Below are positions 42,901 through 53,000 of a DNA stretch of 64,000 nucleotides, piece after piece; position 1 is the stretch's first letter; each line of letters begins with the position of its first letter. A program made the translations under genes and the position numbers. The notes beneath the pieces were generated by a model. It searched no databases. It was given only the letters and a program-made list of their open reading frames with translations, and had not been told where the DNA came from. Source of the DNA: a virus; IMG/VR virus record IMGVR_UViG_3300050019_000176, positions 11,522-75,521 of that record, one strand, 5' to 3'.

Positions 42901-44961
42901 ACGGTGCAGACTCTGACGGTGAACTCAACCGCTACGGACCGGGAACGGCGCTACACGCTTCTCCCTAACCTGTCGGGACGCCGGTGGCGTTTGTACGTGG
43001 ACACCACCACTGTGCCCAGCGGAGGGAAATTCCAGTTATTCGACCATCAATTCAAGTTCCTGCCGGCGGACAAGGGTCCGGTGGCCCACACCTACGACTG
43101 GGATGACTTGGGGCACCCGTACGACAAGCGGCTATACACCGTGGCGATGGAGTGGGACAACGTCGGCGGTGCTGCGGTCACAATGGCGATGGACACCCTT
43201 TCGGGCATCGATGGTGCGACGATCGCCGCGGCGGTGGAAACATTCTCCCTGCCCCCCGGAACCCGCCAGCAGAAGACGTTCCCAATCACCGATGGGCTGA
43301 TCGTCAAAAAGGTAAAGTTTTATCCGCAAGGGACGCCAGGAACGGCTTTCCGCCTGTGGTGGTACAAGGTCACTGCGGAGAATTATCCTCCCGACGTGGT
43401 GCCGTTCACGGAACCAGAGGACGGCGGGTATCCGTCCGAGAAGTACGCCCAGGAGTTATTCCTGGACGTGGACACCGCCGGCCATCCGGTACCAGTACAG
43501 GTCCAGGCTGACGGCACAACGCTCCAGACCCTGATAATGACGACGACCCCCACTGATCGTCGGCGCCGGTTGACCCTCTCGCCGGAACTGTCTGGTCGCC
43601 AATGGCGCTTGCTGGTCGACCCATCGCTGATCCCGGCCGGCGGGAAGTTCCAGTTGTTCGCTCACCAGTTCAAGTTCCTGCCAGTCGACAAGGGGCCTGT
43701 GGAGCACAGCGCCGGCTGGGATGATATTGGGCACCCGTTCGACAAGCGGTTGAAGACCGTCACTATCGACTTCAACACATCTGGGACGGACACGACGATG
43801 GAGATGGATACGATCTCCGGAATCAATGGCAATACGACGAATCTGGCTGTGGCCTCATTCGTTTTGTCTGGTGCTGATCGAGCGCAGAAGACCTTCGCCG
43901 TCCCGGACGGCAACGTTGTCAAGAAGATCCGCCTGCGCCCTCTCGGAGACAACACGCTGTTCAAAATGTGGGGGTACCAATTCGATCTGGAAAAGTATCC
44001 AGCAGACTCTATCGCCGCAACGGAGTATTCGGATCTCGGGCATCCATACGAGAAGAACCCGAAGAACCTATGCCTCAACGTGGACACAGGTGGCGTGGCC
44101 GCTACGGTAGAGGTATGGACGGACGGGGCCATCGTGCAGACCTTTAGTGTCGACACGACGGCCAGCACGCGCCGATGGGAAGGGTCTTTCGACCGGGACA
44201 TCTTCGGCAAGATCTGGCGCCTACTTATCACACCCGGGGCCGGCGGAAAGTTCCAGATGTGGGAGTGGAAGATCGAGGCCACAAATGAACCGTCCTATTC
44301 GGTTGAGTTCACTGACTGGAACGACTTCGGCTATCCTTACGAGAAGGTAGCCCGCAACTTGGTGTTGAACTGCAATTCTGGCGGCGAGGCGGCAACAGTT
44401 CAGGTCGAGGGGGATGGAATCGTTCTCCAGACATTCTACGTTACAACCACCAACGAGAACCGGCAGATCGTTCTGCCATTCGATACCGAAAAAATCGCGC
44501 GCCGATTCCGACTGCTTGTCACTCCTGGAACAGCCCATCAGCAGTTCAAATTATACAGTTGGAACATCAACTATGTAAGGGAACCGGCGACGGTAACGTA
44601 CTGGAACTCCCTGCCGATGTTGTTCGGGTTCGCTGGCCACAAGCTCATAAAGCAGATCTGGATAGAGTACCGGTGCGCTTCTGCCCCAACGTTCTCAATA
44701 TATCGCGACAACGGACAACTCTTCTGGCAAGAGACCCTGCCGATCCATGCTTGGAGAGACATTGAGCGCTTTTACCTTCCGCCGATCAACGGGTTAGCAT
44801 TGAACAAATCGAAAACCTACGAGTTTACGATGTCAGCGGCCACTCCATTCGCCTTCTACCGAGATGGAACCAGGATCGAAGTCAAGTCCCTGTCCGGAGA
44901 CCAACGTTCGGCTTACGAGCAAAAGTACCTGTTCGAGAGTCAAAATGGACCAGACTCGTGA
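39931..44961 (+). CDS. Tail hub/stabilization protein (P22 gp10-like) with tandemly repeated C-terminal domains
   Basis: N-terminal GW..DP..L.DGQ..LQN..SRNG; propeller motif LYKCK..PESWP; about nine D.G.P..K modules. Confidence 0.75.
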   Translation: MADAQTKIFPFSNKGWVQKLDPAQLGDGQYQLLQNAQSFQEGTISSRNGSKRLTAASPASVSSTVFINSLAKLRVDSTHTYRYFGHNTNLYRSGNSGYSTIAPGNFLDTLTFVTIAAGLCSSASDRIAGIQYDSGPSGIPVAYFGGSAAMKMDDGTRAAPALRWGIMPLDQAVVATAVIASLGISGISIDTAAEVTTAAPHGLSTGTMVTISGAVGTGWTDVNATWQISVTGASTFTIPIDSSGFGALSGTIVYTTGGSDLLVPYSYCATARDPVTGSEGNPSPLMIDALQITQVGASGVSLAIGGIDSDNGRISTTSGDKSIAVYRAGGTLDDGLYRKIGYTTNPGSGSTVTYVDTAQDIDIVNGDILEFDNDPPVPSALKIPLVSPINYSSSTLHHGAVSTFHIDTADMPTGITDLRTVLTPGSIVRITGIQWWPGPPSVENITESAIIRSVTTANEFTAYTQQQFWDGGTSVPITVEVTTACAHGANIGCSAFENIFLAGDDANPSVLYKCKNGRPESWPLLNMTSGSVQQLRVGSPSNPIRGITEFNGELVCLNAANIFVVGFAANGKDMRQASATPATHGVVGKEAWVKADNQIWYVGADGLYSWRGGQETLRSLAVEFMFRGLTVNGIAPINMTKPEKIIVGYHQNIVFISFEDTSGKPHRMRYETLFDRWNYDIVDDFGTASTVGATAMLTETDTNLLTSAKLTGSTECRIHQENVGFTDGWVTDPASASDGIPPTFIVDTAAYDLGDRLLDKQFSELGLEAVANGSCLVETFYDYGSSIDETFSFPNSVVRSRASFSIQSGSGKEASVMSFRITGGGGSVRTTLYSMLFNTIPLTRIQVGAATDWTDCGHPFDKRFYQLLIEYNTSGTDVVMNVDTISGITGATHTSAVATFTLNSAVRAQATLPFPDGVIAKKVRLRPTVGSTTFRVWRTDFKVEKYPEDIVAFTETEDGGTPELKYGEQITFNVDTGGKDVPVKIQADGTTVQTLTVNSTATDRERRYTLLPNLSGRRWRLYVDTTTVPSGGKFQLFDHQFKFLPADKGPVAHTYDWDDLGHPYDKRLYTVAMEWDNVGGAAVTMAMDTLSGIDGATIAAAVETFSLPPGTRQQKTFPITDGLIVKKVKFYPQGTPGTAFRLWWYKVTAENYPPDVVPFTEPEDGGYPSEKYAQELFLDVDTAGHPVPVQVQADGTTLQTLIMTTTPTDRRRRLTLSPELSGRQWRLLVDPSLIPAGGKFQLFAHQFKFLPVDKGPVEHSAGWDDIGHPFDKRLKTVTIDFNTSGTDTTMEMDTISGINGNTTNLAVASFVLSGADRAQKTFAVPDGNVVKKIRLRPLGDNTLFKMWGYQFDLEKYPADSIAATEYSDLGHPYEKNPKNLCLNVDTGGVAATVEVWTDGAIVQTFSVDTTASTRRWEGSFDRDIFGKIWRLLITPGAGGKFQMWEWKIEATNEPSYSVEFTDWNDFGYPYEKVARNLVLNCNSGGEAATVQVEGDGIVLQTFYVTTTNENRQIVLPFDTEKIARRFRLLVTPGTAHQQFKLYSWNINYVREPATVTYWNSLPMLFGFAGHKLIKQIWIEYRCASAPTFSIYRDNGQLFWQETLPIHAWRDIERFYLPPINGLALNKSKTYEFTMSAATPFAFYRDGTRIEVKSLSGDQRSAYEQKYLFESQNGPDS

Positions 44962-44969
44962 GGTGATTG

Positions 44970-46628
44970 ATGGCTTCCAATAACGCACCTCCGGGATTCC
45001 CCAAGTTCGACCCCGTCGACATCATCGGCGAACAGCTTGCTGCACAGTACCCAAACCTTGACCTGTCGAAACTCAACCGGATGTTCACTAACATCCTCAC
45101 GGAACTACAGGATTCCCAGTCCGCCGCAGCGACGGCACAGACTACCGCCAACACCGCTTCCGCAACCATGGGTGCAAAAACCGGGACACACGCACAACGG
45201 ATCGGCTTACCGGTCCCGGATAATGGCACGATCTTCGTTGAGACCGACCGCAATGATGTCGCCTATCAAGTCCAAGGAGGAGTGTGGCGATACGTTCTCG
45301 GGGAGATGTTTGGGGTGCTGTCCGGCAGGCCAACGGACCTTGGGGCGAACGATGAGGGATTCCTGTACTCGGCATCGAATGCGCTGGACTACCGATGGAG
45401 CGGAACCGCCTGGGTGAGCCTGGATACCGTGCGCGGCGGGACGGCGCTGGTGGATGTCGGTCGGCTGATAAAGGTGGGCGCCACTGGAACGCTTGGAGAA
45501 ACGGCGTTCGCGGATAGCGCCGTGGTTTTGGGTGCAACCAACCTGACGCACGCCAACCATCTTCTGAAGGTAGATGGGTCAAGCGGGACAGCTACGGAGA
45601 GCGTAGTCACCGACGACGGGACGACGGTTGTTATCAACAAAAATACCGTCGCACCCGCCGCAGCAGCGGCGGGAACGATTTTGCAGTTGGCTGGAGCAGA
45701 CGCCGCTGCCGCCCGAGCCCTCATCGATGCCTATGGCGGCTTTGTAACGATTAGCGGACGGAGGGCAAACGGCACAGCCGCTGCCCCATCGGCATTGGCC
45801 GCCCTTGATGTCATCGCCGGATACCAAGCGCGTGGGTACGGGGCGACGGGATATTCGGCCACCAGCCGCGCCCAAATGGCTCTTGCCGCCGCAGAGGCTT
45901 GGTCGGATACCGCTCAGGGAACACGGATTGACTTCTATACCACTCTGAACGGCACGGTCACGACCATCCTACGGATGACCATCGCTGACGACGGAAAAGT
46001 CGGTGTCAACTGCGTCCCGGCCTACCAGTTCGATGTGGGTGGAGGCATCAACACTAGCACCGAATACCGACTCGGCGGAACGGTGGTGATTGCATCTACC
46101 GAAGCGGCGAACACCTTCCTACGCGGGCCGACCAGCGGCGCGGCTGCGCTCCCTTCCTTCGGGGCACTTGTAAGTGCAGACATCCCGAACAATGCCGCCG
46201 ACACCTCTGGGACTTCCGGGAACACCACAAAAGTTAACGGGGCATCCGTGCCCGCTTCGGCCGGATTCCTCGGTAGCAACGGGTCCAGCCAGTTGGTGTC
46301 CGTATCGTCGCCTACTATCCTAACCGGCCAATCCGTCGTGACGGGAAGTAGGAACCTCACCTCGATATACCAAAACACTGGGGCGAAGCCAATTTACGTT
46401 CTAGTGACACTGGCCTGTACGGCGGCCGGCGGAGCCAATTTCGGGCAGGCCGAGGCCAGGACGGACGCATCCGCCACGCCGACGACGACGGTGGGCAGCA
46501 CGTTCAATGGATCTGCCACGGCGACCGTCAACCAGCAGATGGCCTTCTGGGTGCTCCCAGGGAACTATTACCGCGTCGTCGTCGTGACCACCACCGTTAC
46601 CCTGTCCTGTTGGACAGAGTGGAGTTGA
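44970..46628 (+). CDS. Tail fibre protein
   Basis: G/A/T-rich; RRANGT..P.A..D.I..RGY, AEAWSDTAQGTRIDFYTT, RMTI..GKVG; C-terminal YQNTGAKPI..VLPGNYYRV..W.EW. Confidence 0.8.
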   Translation: MASNNAPPGFPKFDPVDIIGEQLAAQYPNLDLSKLNRMFTNILTELQDSQSAAATAQTTANTASATMGAKTGTHAQRIGLPVPDNGTIFVETDRNDVAYQVQGGVWRYVLGEMFGVLSGRPTDLGANDEGFLYSASNALDYRWSGTAWVSLDTVRGGTALVDVGRLIKVGATGTLGETAFADSAVVLGATNLTHANHLLKVDGSSGTATESVVTDDGTTVVINKNTVAPAAAAAGTILQLAGADAAAARALIDAYGGFVTISGRRANGTAAAPSALAALDVIAGYQARGYGATGYSATSRAQMALAAAEAWSDTAQGTRIDFYTTLNGTVTTILRMTIADDGKVGVNCVPAYQFDVGGGINTSTEYRLGGTVVIASTEAANTFLRGPTSGAAALPSFGALVSADIPNNAADTSGTSGNTTKVNGASVPASAGFLGSNGSSQLVSVSSPTILTGQSVVTGSRNLTSIYQNTGAKPIYVLVTLACTAAGGANFGQAEARTDASATPTTTVGSTFNGSATATVNQQMAFWVLPGNYYRVVVVTTTVTLSCWTEWS

Positions 46629-46632
46629 GCCA

Positions 46633-46656
46633 TGTCTTGTGCAAGACTTTTGGACA
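46633..46656. repeat. Dispersed palindrome copy 9
   Basis: TGTCTTGTGCAAGACT-TTTGGACA (1 mismatch). Confidence 0.88.
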
Positions 46657-46707
46657 TCAGGGACGGCGGCAACGCTATTGTAGAATCTAGCAGTTGCAAG
46701 TGGGAAA

Positions 46708-47286
46708 ATGGGGATGCGGGGGTGTGTCTTGCAGGAATATGAAAAACAGGACGGAATCTATCGGATAGGCAGTCTGATCGTTGCGCCAAACCTTCCAGAG
46801 GTTGTGGTGGCTGGGGCCTACCTGCGGTTCGCCAAAGAAGACCTGCTGGGGCAGATTTTCTACGAAGGTATCCCGTCGATGGTGTGGTTCCTGAACGAGT
46901 TTCGGAAGCCAGATACCCACCTTCTCGGATGTTACCAACGCGTTGGTGATATGGCCGATCTCCGCGGCCTGGGTTGGGTCAACAAGATCACCGCAGGAGC
47001 GGACGGGTTCCGGCGGGCGGAAGTGGGAATCGCGTTTTTCCGGGGAACCACCCTTCGATCGGTGAAGTTCGGCGGCATGATGGTGGACTGGATCTTCGAG
47101 AACTGCAAACTCGACATGATCTACGGGACCACCCCCGTGCCCAACGAGCCAGCCTGGAAGTACGCTCGGGCGCTCGGGATGACGCTCGCCGGGCCGGTTC
47201 CGAATTTCACTTCCTGGAATGGAGAACTGTGCGGGGTATGGATTTCCAGCCTGTCCCGGAAAGATTGGCAGACGATGCGGGGGTAA
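46708..47286 (+). CDS. GNAT-fold virion assembly protein
   Basis: AEVGIAF..IYGTTPVPN..A..LG; sits before the ejection genes like P22 gp14 / T7 gp13. Confidence 0.65.
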   Translation: MGMRGCVLQEYEKQDGIYRIGSLIVAPNLPEVVVAGAYLRFAKEDLLGQIFYEGIPSMVWFLNEFRKPDTHLLGCYQRVGDMADLRGLGWVNKITAGADGFRRAEVGIAFFRGTTLRSVKFGGMMVDWIFENCKLDMIYGTTPVPNEPAWKYARALGMTLAGPVPNFTSWNGELCGVWISSLSRKDWQTMRG

Positions 47287-47291
47287 TTCTT

Positions 47292-48134
47292 ATGGGCGGA
47301 AATAACGACGCAACGAACCAGGAAAACTCGATTGCCCAGCAACAGATTGGCATAGCGCAACAGGCTAACACGCTGTCGCAACAGCAAATGGCACAGCGTC
47401 AAGCGCTTCAGGCGCCAGCCATTGACCAGTTGACGAAGATCATCTCCGGAGACAAGAATGCGTTGACCTCTGCCACATCGGTGCCCATCGGTCAACTCGC
47501 CAAATCGGCGCAGGCGACGAAGGAGAACATCTACGACCAAATTCCGGCTGGAGCCGGACGCGATGTCGCCTTGGCGCAGAACACGATGAACAAAAACACC
47601 GGAGTGGCATCGTTCCTGAACGATACCTACATGAAGGCTTTCCCAGCGCTGGCGCAGATGGGTTCGGAGAGCGGTAACGTGGGACTTCAGGCACTCGGCG
47701 GATCCGAGAACGCATTCAGCGGGGCATCGAGTACCACCGGGCAGGTAATGCAGGCTGATTCCGCGAACAAGGCCAGCACGATGGGGTTGTTGGGATCGTT
47801 GGCCGGAGCGGGTGGGATGGCAGCAATGGGTAAGAGTGATGCACGGCTGAAAGAGAACGTCGAGACTCTCGACGGAACCCTTGATAAACTCGATTCGATC
47901 CGTGGTGTTCACTTTGACTTCATCGGTGAAAACCCACGCCCTGGTGGCAACATCGGTGTCATCGCCCAGGAAGTTCTGGAAGTCTTCCCGGAACTCGTCA
48001 CGACTGACCCATACGACGGCATGTACCGTGTCGACTATGGTGCCCTTTCGGCGGTGGCGATTCAGGCCGTGAAGGAACTACACCAGCAGGTGAAGGCGCT
48101 TCAGGAGCGCCTTACTGCGCTGGAGGTGAGGTAA
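47292..48134 (+). CDS. DNA ejection-type protein with C-terminal peptidase S74 / intramolecular chaperone domain
   Basis: MGG start, Q/A/G-rich; SDARLKENV..GVIAQEV..FPELV..VDY..AVKEL. Confidence 0.85.
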   Translation: MGGNNDATNQENSIAQQQIGIAQQANTLSQQQMAQRQALQAPAIDQLTKIISGDKNALTSATSVPIGQLAKSAQATKENIYDQIPAGAGRDVALAQNTMNKNTGVASFLNDTYMKAFPALAQMGSESGNVGLQALGGSENAFSGASSTTGQVMQADSANKASTMGLLGSLAGAGGMAAMGKSDARLKENVETLDGTLDKLDSIRGVHFDFIGENPRPGGNIGVIAQEVLEVFPELVTTDPYDGMYRVDYGALSAVAIQAVKELHQQVKALQERLTALEVR

Positions 48135-48138
48135 CGCC

Positions 48139-50082
48139 ATGGCAACCAGTCAACCAACTCCGGGTATGAGTTTTGGGCCGTTCAGCAGCATGCTGACCGC
48201 GCCAACGTACTCCGCGCAGAATCTGCCACAGAACCACGTCTCCGGGTTCACCGGTCCGGCCGGACAGGTCGCCAACATCCTCGATCAGTTTATGAAAGGT
48301 GCGGCTCTGGGACGCTTCCAGCAGTTCCAGCAGAATGAACTGGCGAAGGCGAAGCGTCACGATGGCATCAACGACCTGATGGCGACGATGTCTAGACCCG
48401 GGTTTGACCAAAGCATCGCGGCCCAATATCAACCGCAGTTGCTGGCGTGGCAGTCTCAGGACGTGCTGGATTCTACCAAAAAAGCAGACGACAAGACTCC
48501 ACCCGGAGCGTTCCATAAAGCGATAGCCGGGGCGCTCAGCGGTATCCTTGGCCCCAAAGCGGAGAAGATTGAACCGCTAAATCCAGATCTCCTATTGGAG
48601 ATGCAACAGGCCATCAAAAATCCGAACAACTGGAAACTAGGTGCGATGCCGGGGGTGGCAACGCACGACCTCCCTACTGCGCCTCCTCCCAGTCAGGCCA
48701 CACCGCAGATCTCCGGACCTCCGATCCCGCAGCAGTCCGCGCCGCCCCCGGGAATGCCGGCGGTGGCGGCGGCTCCTCCGATGGCTCCCCTCGGTCCGGT
48801 AGTGAACGGTAAGCCGGCGGCCGGTCCGCCGGAGGCGGTCGAACCCTCCGCTCCAGTGACAACCCCGCCACCCACGGTATCTCCGGTCGCGGCGCCCATC
48901 GCCTACGATCCTACCGCGGCGGTCCAATCCACCCCGCCTCCGGGGGCTCCGCCGAAGCAGACGGTGTATCAGCAGGACTACATCAATCGGGTCATGGCCA
49001 GCCCGGACTACGCGGAGTACGCAAGGTACGGCAGGAACCTACTGGACAGTTCGCAGGTGAAGGCAACGCTCGCTACGCTGCCGGTGCGTCCAACAGAGGA
49101 GCAGAGGGCTGACATCGCGGAACGTGGCGCACGGACGAACCAGTACAACGCAAACGCGGAGTACATGCGGGGAGGGATGAAGAATCCCGTGAACATGATC
49201 GTCACCACGCCAGACGGTAGATCCACCTCCCATTCGGTGTACAGTTCTTCCACCGCAGACGGAAGGATGCAGACGATGGATGTTGCCACAGGGCAACCCC
49301 TTGTGATTCCCCCAGGCGCATCGACATCGTTCGAGAAGGCCGCGGCTCCGGGAGCGGCGAAGACCATCTCGACGGCCAACGGGTTCTATCAGGTGATGCG
49401 CAACGGAACCACGCGGGCGTTGACGGACGAAGGCGACGAAGCGCTGATGCCGCAAGTCAAGATGCTCCCGAAAGTCGACCAGAACGGTCAACTGAGGATG
49501 GTGAATCCGGTGGACGGAACCTCGATGCAGGCGACCGACGAGGACGGCCAACCCATCAAGATGACCACGGAACTCCAGAAGATCATCACCCGCGAGGGAT
49601 ACATCGACAATCGCTTCTGGCAGCGCACGGATACCCAACTCGCCGTGGCATTAGGCAAGACACGGCAACAGCAGGCGGCACTTACGGGGAGCCTAAAGAC
49701 CATTAAGAACCCAGCACTGCGGGCGGCCACGCAGGGGCAGATCAACGACCTGATGGATCAGGAACGCGCTCAACTCGAAGCCTACCGTGCCAGCACTGGA
49801 GCGGGAACTCCGGCACGCGGCGGGGCAAAGCCAACAGCGAAGACCACTCCACCTCCGGGTGCTCCAAAACCCGCGCTGTCCGCTCAGGATTATGCGGCTG
49901 CGGCAGCGGCGGGCGGAAAGGCTCCGGCTTCCTCGGCTCCGCCGGCGGCGGGCGGACGCGGTGGCAGGCAGGTTACCGGCGGAGCCGGGAAAATCAACGT
50001 TACTGCGCCGGATGGATCAGTGCATCCATTTGACACACAGGAGCAGGCTGACAATTTCAAGAAAATGGCGGGGATCAAGTAA
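48139..50082 (+). CDS. Probable DNA ejection / internal virion protein
   Basis: 647 aa, Pro/Ala/Gln-rich, no Cys, position in module. Confidence 0.7.
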   Translation: MATSQPTPGMSFGPFSSMLTAPTYSAQNLPQNHVSGFTGPAGQVANILDQFMKGAALGRFQQFQQNELAKAKRHDGINDLMATMSRPGFDQSIAAQYQPQLLAWQSQDVLDSTKKADDKTPPGAFHKAIAGALSGILGPKAEKIEPLNPDLLLEMQQAIKNPNNWKLGAMPGVATHDLPTAPPPSQATPQISGPPIPQQSAPPPGMPAVAAAPPMAPLGPVVNGKPAAGPPEAVEPSAPVTTPPPTVSPVAAPIAYDPTAAVQSTPPPGAPPKQTVYQQDYINRVMASPDYAEYARYGRNLLDSSQVKATLATLPVRPTEEQRADIAERGARTNQYNANAEYMRGGMKNPVNMIVTTPDGRSTSHSVYSSSTADGRMQTMDVATGQPLVIPPGASTSFEKAAAPGAAKTISTANGFYQVMRNGTTRALTDEGDEALMPQVKMLPKVDQNGQLRMVNPVDGTSMQATDEDGQPIKMTTELQKIITREGYIDNRFWQRTDTQLAVALGKTRQQQAALTGSLKTIKNPALRAATQGQINDLMDQERAQLEAYRASTGAGTPARGGAKPTAKTTPPPGAPKPALSAQDYAAAAAAGGKAPASSAPPAAGGRGGRQVTGGAGKINVTAPDGSVHPFDTQEQADNFKKMAGIK

Positions 50083-50085
50083 TCC

Positions 50086-53000
50086 ATGGCCGACGTCGAC
50101 TACAGCGTACTGGCCCAGCAGGCGAGGGACGCCACCCCGCCGCCGCCGGACTATGCGGCGATGGCCCAACAGGCGAGGGACGCCACCCCGCCGCCGCCGG
50201 ACTATGCGGCGATGGCCCAACAGGCGAGGACGTCTGCGCCAATTGACTACAACGCGCTCGCACAACAGGCCCGTAGCATAACAACTACGCCGCGCACCAA
50301 CCCGGAGGGAATCCTGGAGGGTGTCGGTAAAGATCTCAGCATCGGCTTCCGAACTGGCGTAGCCGACATCGCGCACACCGCCGCCAATGTCTTGGACAAG
50401 ACACCGTTCACCGACTTCGCCGACCGCACTCGTGCCTTCGCCGCCGAAGAGGAGCCAAAGCCGGAGGAGACGGTTGACCGCGGCGGATTCGGTAATGCCC
50501 TGGTACAGGGGGTTGGTGGGCTGGTTCCTTCGGCCGTAAAATATGCTCCGGCGATGGTGGCCAAGAAGTGGGCACCACTCGTGGCCGGTGCTATCGAGGC
50601 AGCGGGGAAGGCCGACGAAGGGCTGGTCCCAGCGATCAAGGCTGGAGTGAAGGGTGCTGCCCAGTTCGCTTTGGTTGGCAAAGCGGCAGACCTACCCACC
50701 CGGGCGCAACGCGCGATCGGCATGTCTGCGGCGATGGCCACGCCGGCGCTGATCGAATCAAAGGGGAACACCGCACAGACCGCCTCCGCCGCGGTACTCG
50801 GCGCAGCGATGGGTGGGTTATCCAAAGCGCCAAAGGGCGAGACATCGCCGGTCATGGATGAAGCCATCTCCGCCGGAAAGCAGTTGGCGGATAACTTCAA
50901 GAGTGTCTTCGACCCACAGTCGCGCGAGTTCAAGGGGAGCACAGCCCCACCGAATGCCGCTGCACAGACAGCGACAGTGGCCCGCGCTCACCTTGGCGAG
51001 ATGTGGCAGAAGGGCGTTCAGGTGGAAGATTCGCTAAGGAAGTTGAGTGACTTCTTCGACGAGCAGGCACCAGATCCAAGATTCCCCGAAGGCCCATCGA
51101 CGCCGGCCATCGACTTCATGATGGCAATCCGTAAGGGGAATGTTGACCAGTTGCCGGAAATGATGCAGCCGTTCGCCAAGGTGGTGCGGGACACGTACGA
51201 CAATCGCGCCGAAGTCATGCAGCAGAAGGGCATCCTGAAAAGCTACGTCGACAACTATTTCGGTCTGTTATGGAAGCGCGGTGGCGACAATCCGGACTTC
51301 CAAGCCATCGCCAAGAAACCCCTGGAGGGGCAGAAGGGATTTGCCAAGCAACACGTTTTCGACGATGTGATGGAAGGACTGGAGTACGCGCAACAGAACC
51401 CAGACTCCGGGTTGCAATTGGCCTTCAATAACCCGGTCGACTTGGTGATGAGCAAGGTCCGGGAGATGGACAAAGCCATCATGGCGCACGATACGCTTTC
51501 GGAGATGCGGGACATGGGACTCTCGCAATTCGTGCGGCAGGGTACTCGGGCACCGGATGGTTGGACGCAGATTGATGACAAGACGTCGACGGTGATGTTC
51601 AAAGACCCCCGGACGGACATGTGGACGCTGGCGGGACACTGGTTCTCACCGGAACCGGCGGCGAAGGTAATCAATAATTATCTCTCGCCCGGACTGGGAA
51701 AGAACGCTGCTTTCCGCGGATACAAACTGGCCGCCAACACCATGAACCAATTCCAATTGGGATGGTCGGCGTTCCACCTTGGATTCACCACGTACGATGC
51801 CATGCTATCCCAGTTCGCGCTCTCGGCGGAGGAAGCCGCCACCGGCCTTGCACGCAAAGACCCGGCTCTCATGGCGAAGGCGGCAGGGCATGCACTCACC
51901 GCACCATTCGCCGCGTTCGAACCCATCGTGGCCGCTGCAGCGCACCAAATCTCCCCTGAACTTGGGAAGATGTTCCGCTCGAATCAACTCATGCAGGAAT
52001 GGCGAAATCCTGGATCGTTCCCCCAACTGGCTCCCATTGTGGAGTATGCCAAGCAGGCCGGCGCCCGCTTCGAATTGGACCCATTCTACAAAAACGATCT
52101 CTGGCGCAACATGAAGCAGACGTACTACGAAGGCAATGCCCTCGGTGCTGCGCTGAAGTTGCCCACGGCGATAACCGAGCAGTTGGCGAAGCCCATCATG
52201 GAGTACGTGGTACCGCGCCAGAAGGCGGCAGTATTCGCCAAACTGACGGAGTTCGAGGTAGGGAAACTGGGGCCGAACGCGACACAGATGCAGGTACGCA
52301 GTGCGGTACAGTCGGCATGGAATAGCGTCGATAACCGAATGGGGCAACTCGTTTATGACAACCTGTTCTGGAATCGGACGGCAAAGGATCTGGCGATGAC
52401 CAGCATCCGGAGCGTGGGTTGGAACCTGGGAACGTGGCGAGAACTCGGCGGCGGCATGAAGGATTGGGCGAATGCCGTGCTGAATGTCACTACCGGAGGA
52501 CGGGTTGGCAAGATGCCGGAAGCCTACCACCGGATGGCATACGCTGCCACCCTGCCGGTAGTCACCGGACTGATCGGCGGAATCACCACCTATCTGGCTT
52601 CCGGTCAAGCCCCACAGTCTCTGACGGATCTCTACTTCCCGAAGACCGGTGGAACGGATGAATATGGTCGACCGGAGCGGATCTCCCTGCCTTCGTACAT
52701 GAAGGATGTGTACCATTACGGGAGCGGATTCGGCGAAGGGTTAAGATCCGGCGTCCGCCAGATGGGTAAGACAGTGGCGGGGAAAATGCACCCTATGATC
52801 CAGTTGATGGCCGACATGTACGAGAACTCCGACTGGCAAGGGAATAAACTCTGGAACGAAGACGATCCGATGATGAAGCAGTTGTACGGCGCCGTGCAAC
52901 ACACCGGATCGCAACTAATGCCGTTTGGTCTGCGCCGAGCCATCGAAGATACGGTCAACACCGAAGTGCGCGGAGTGCCGCCGCGGTACGGAGCATTGGA

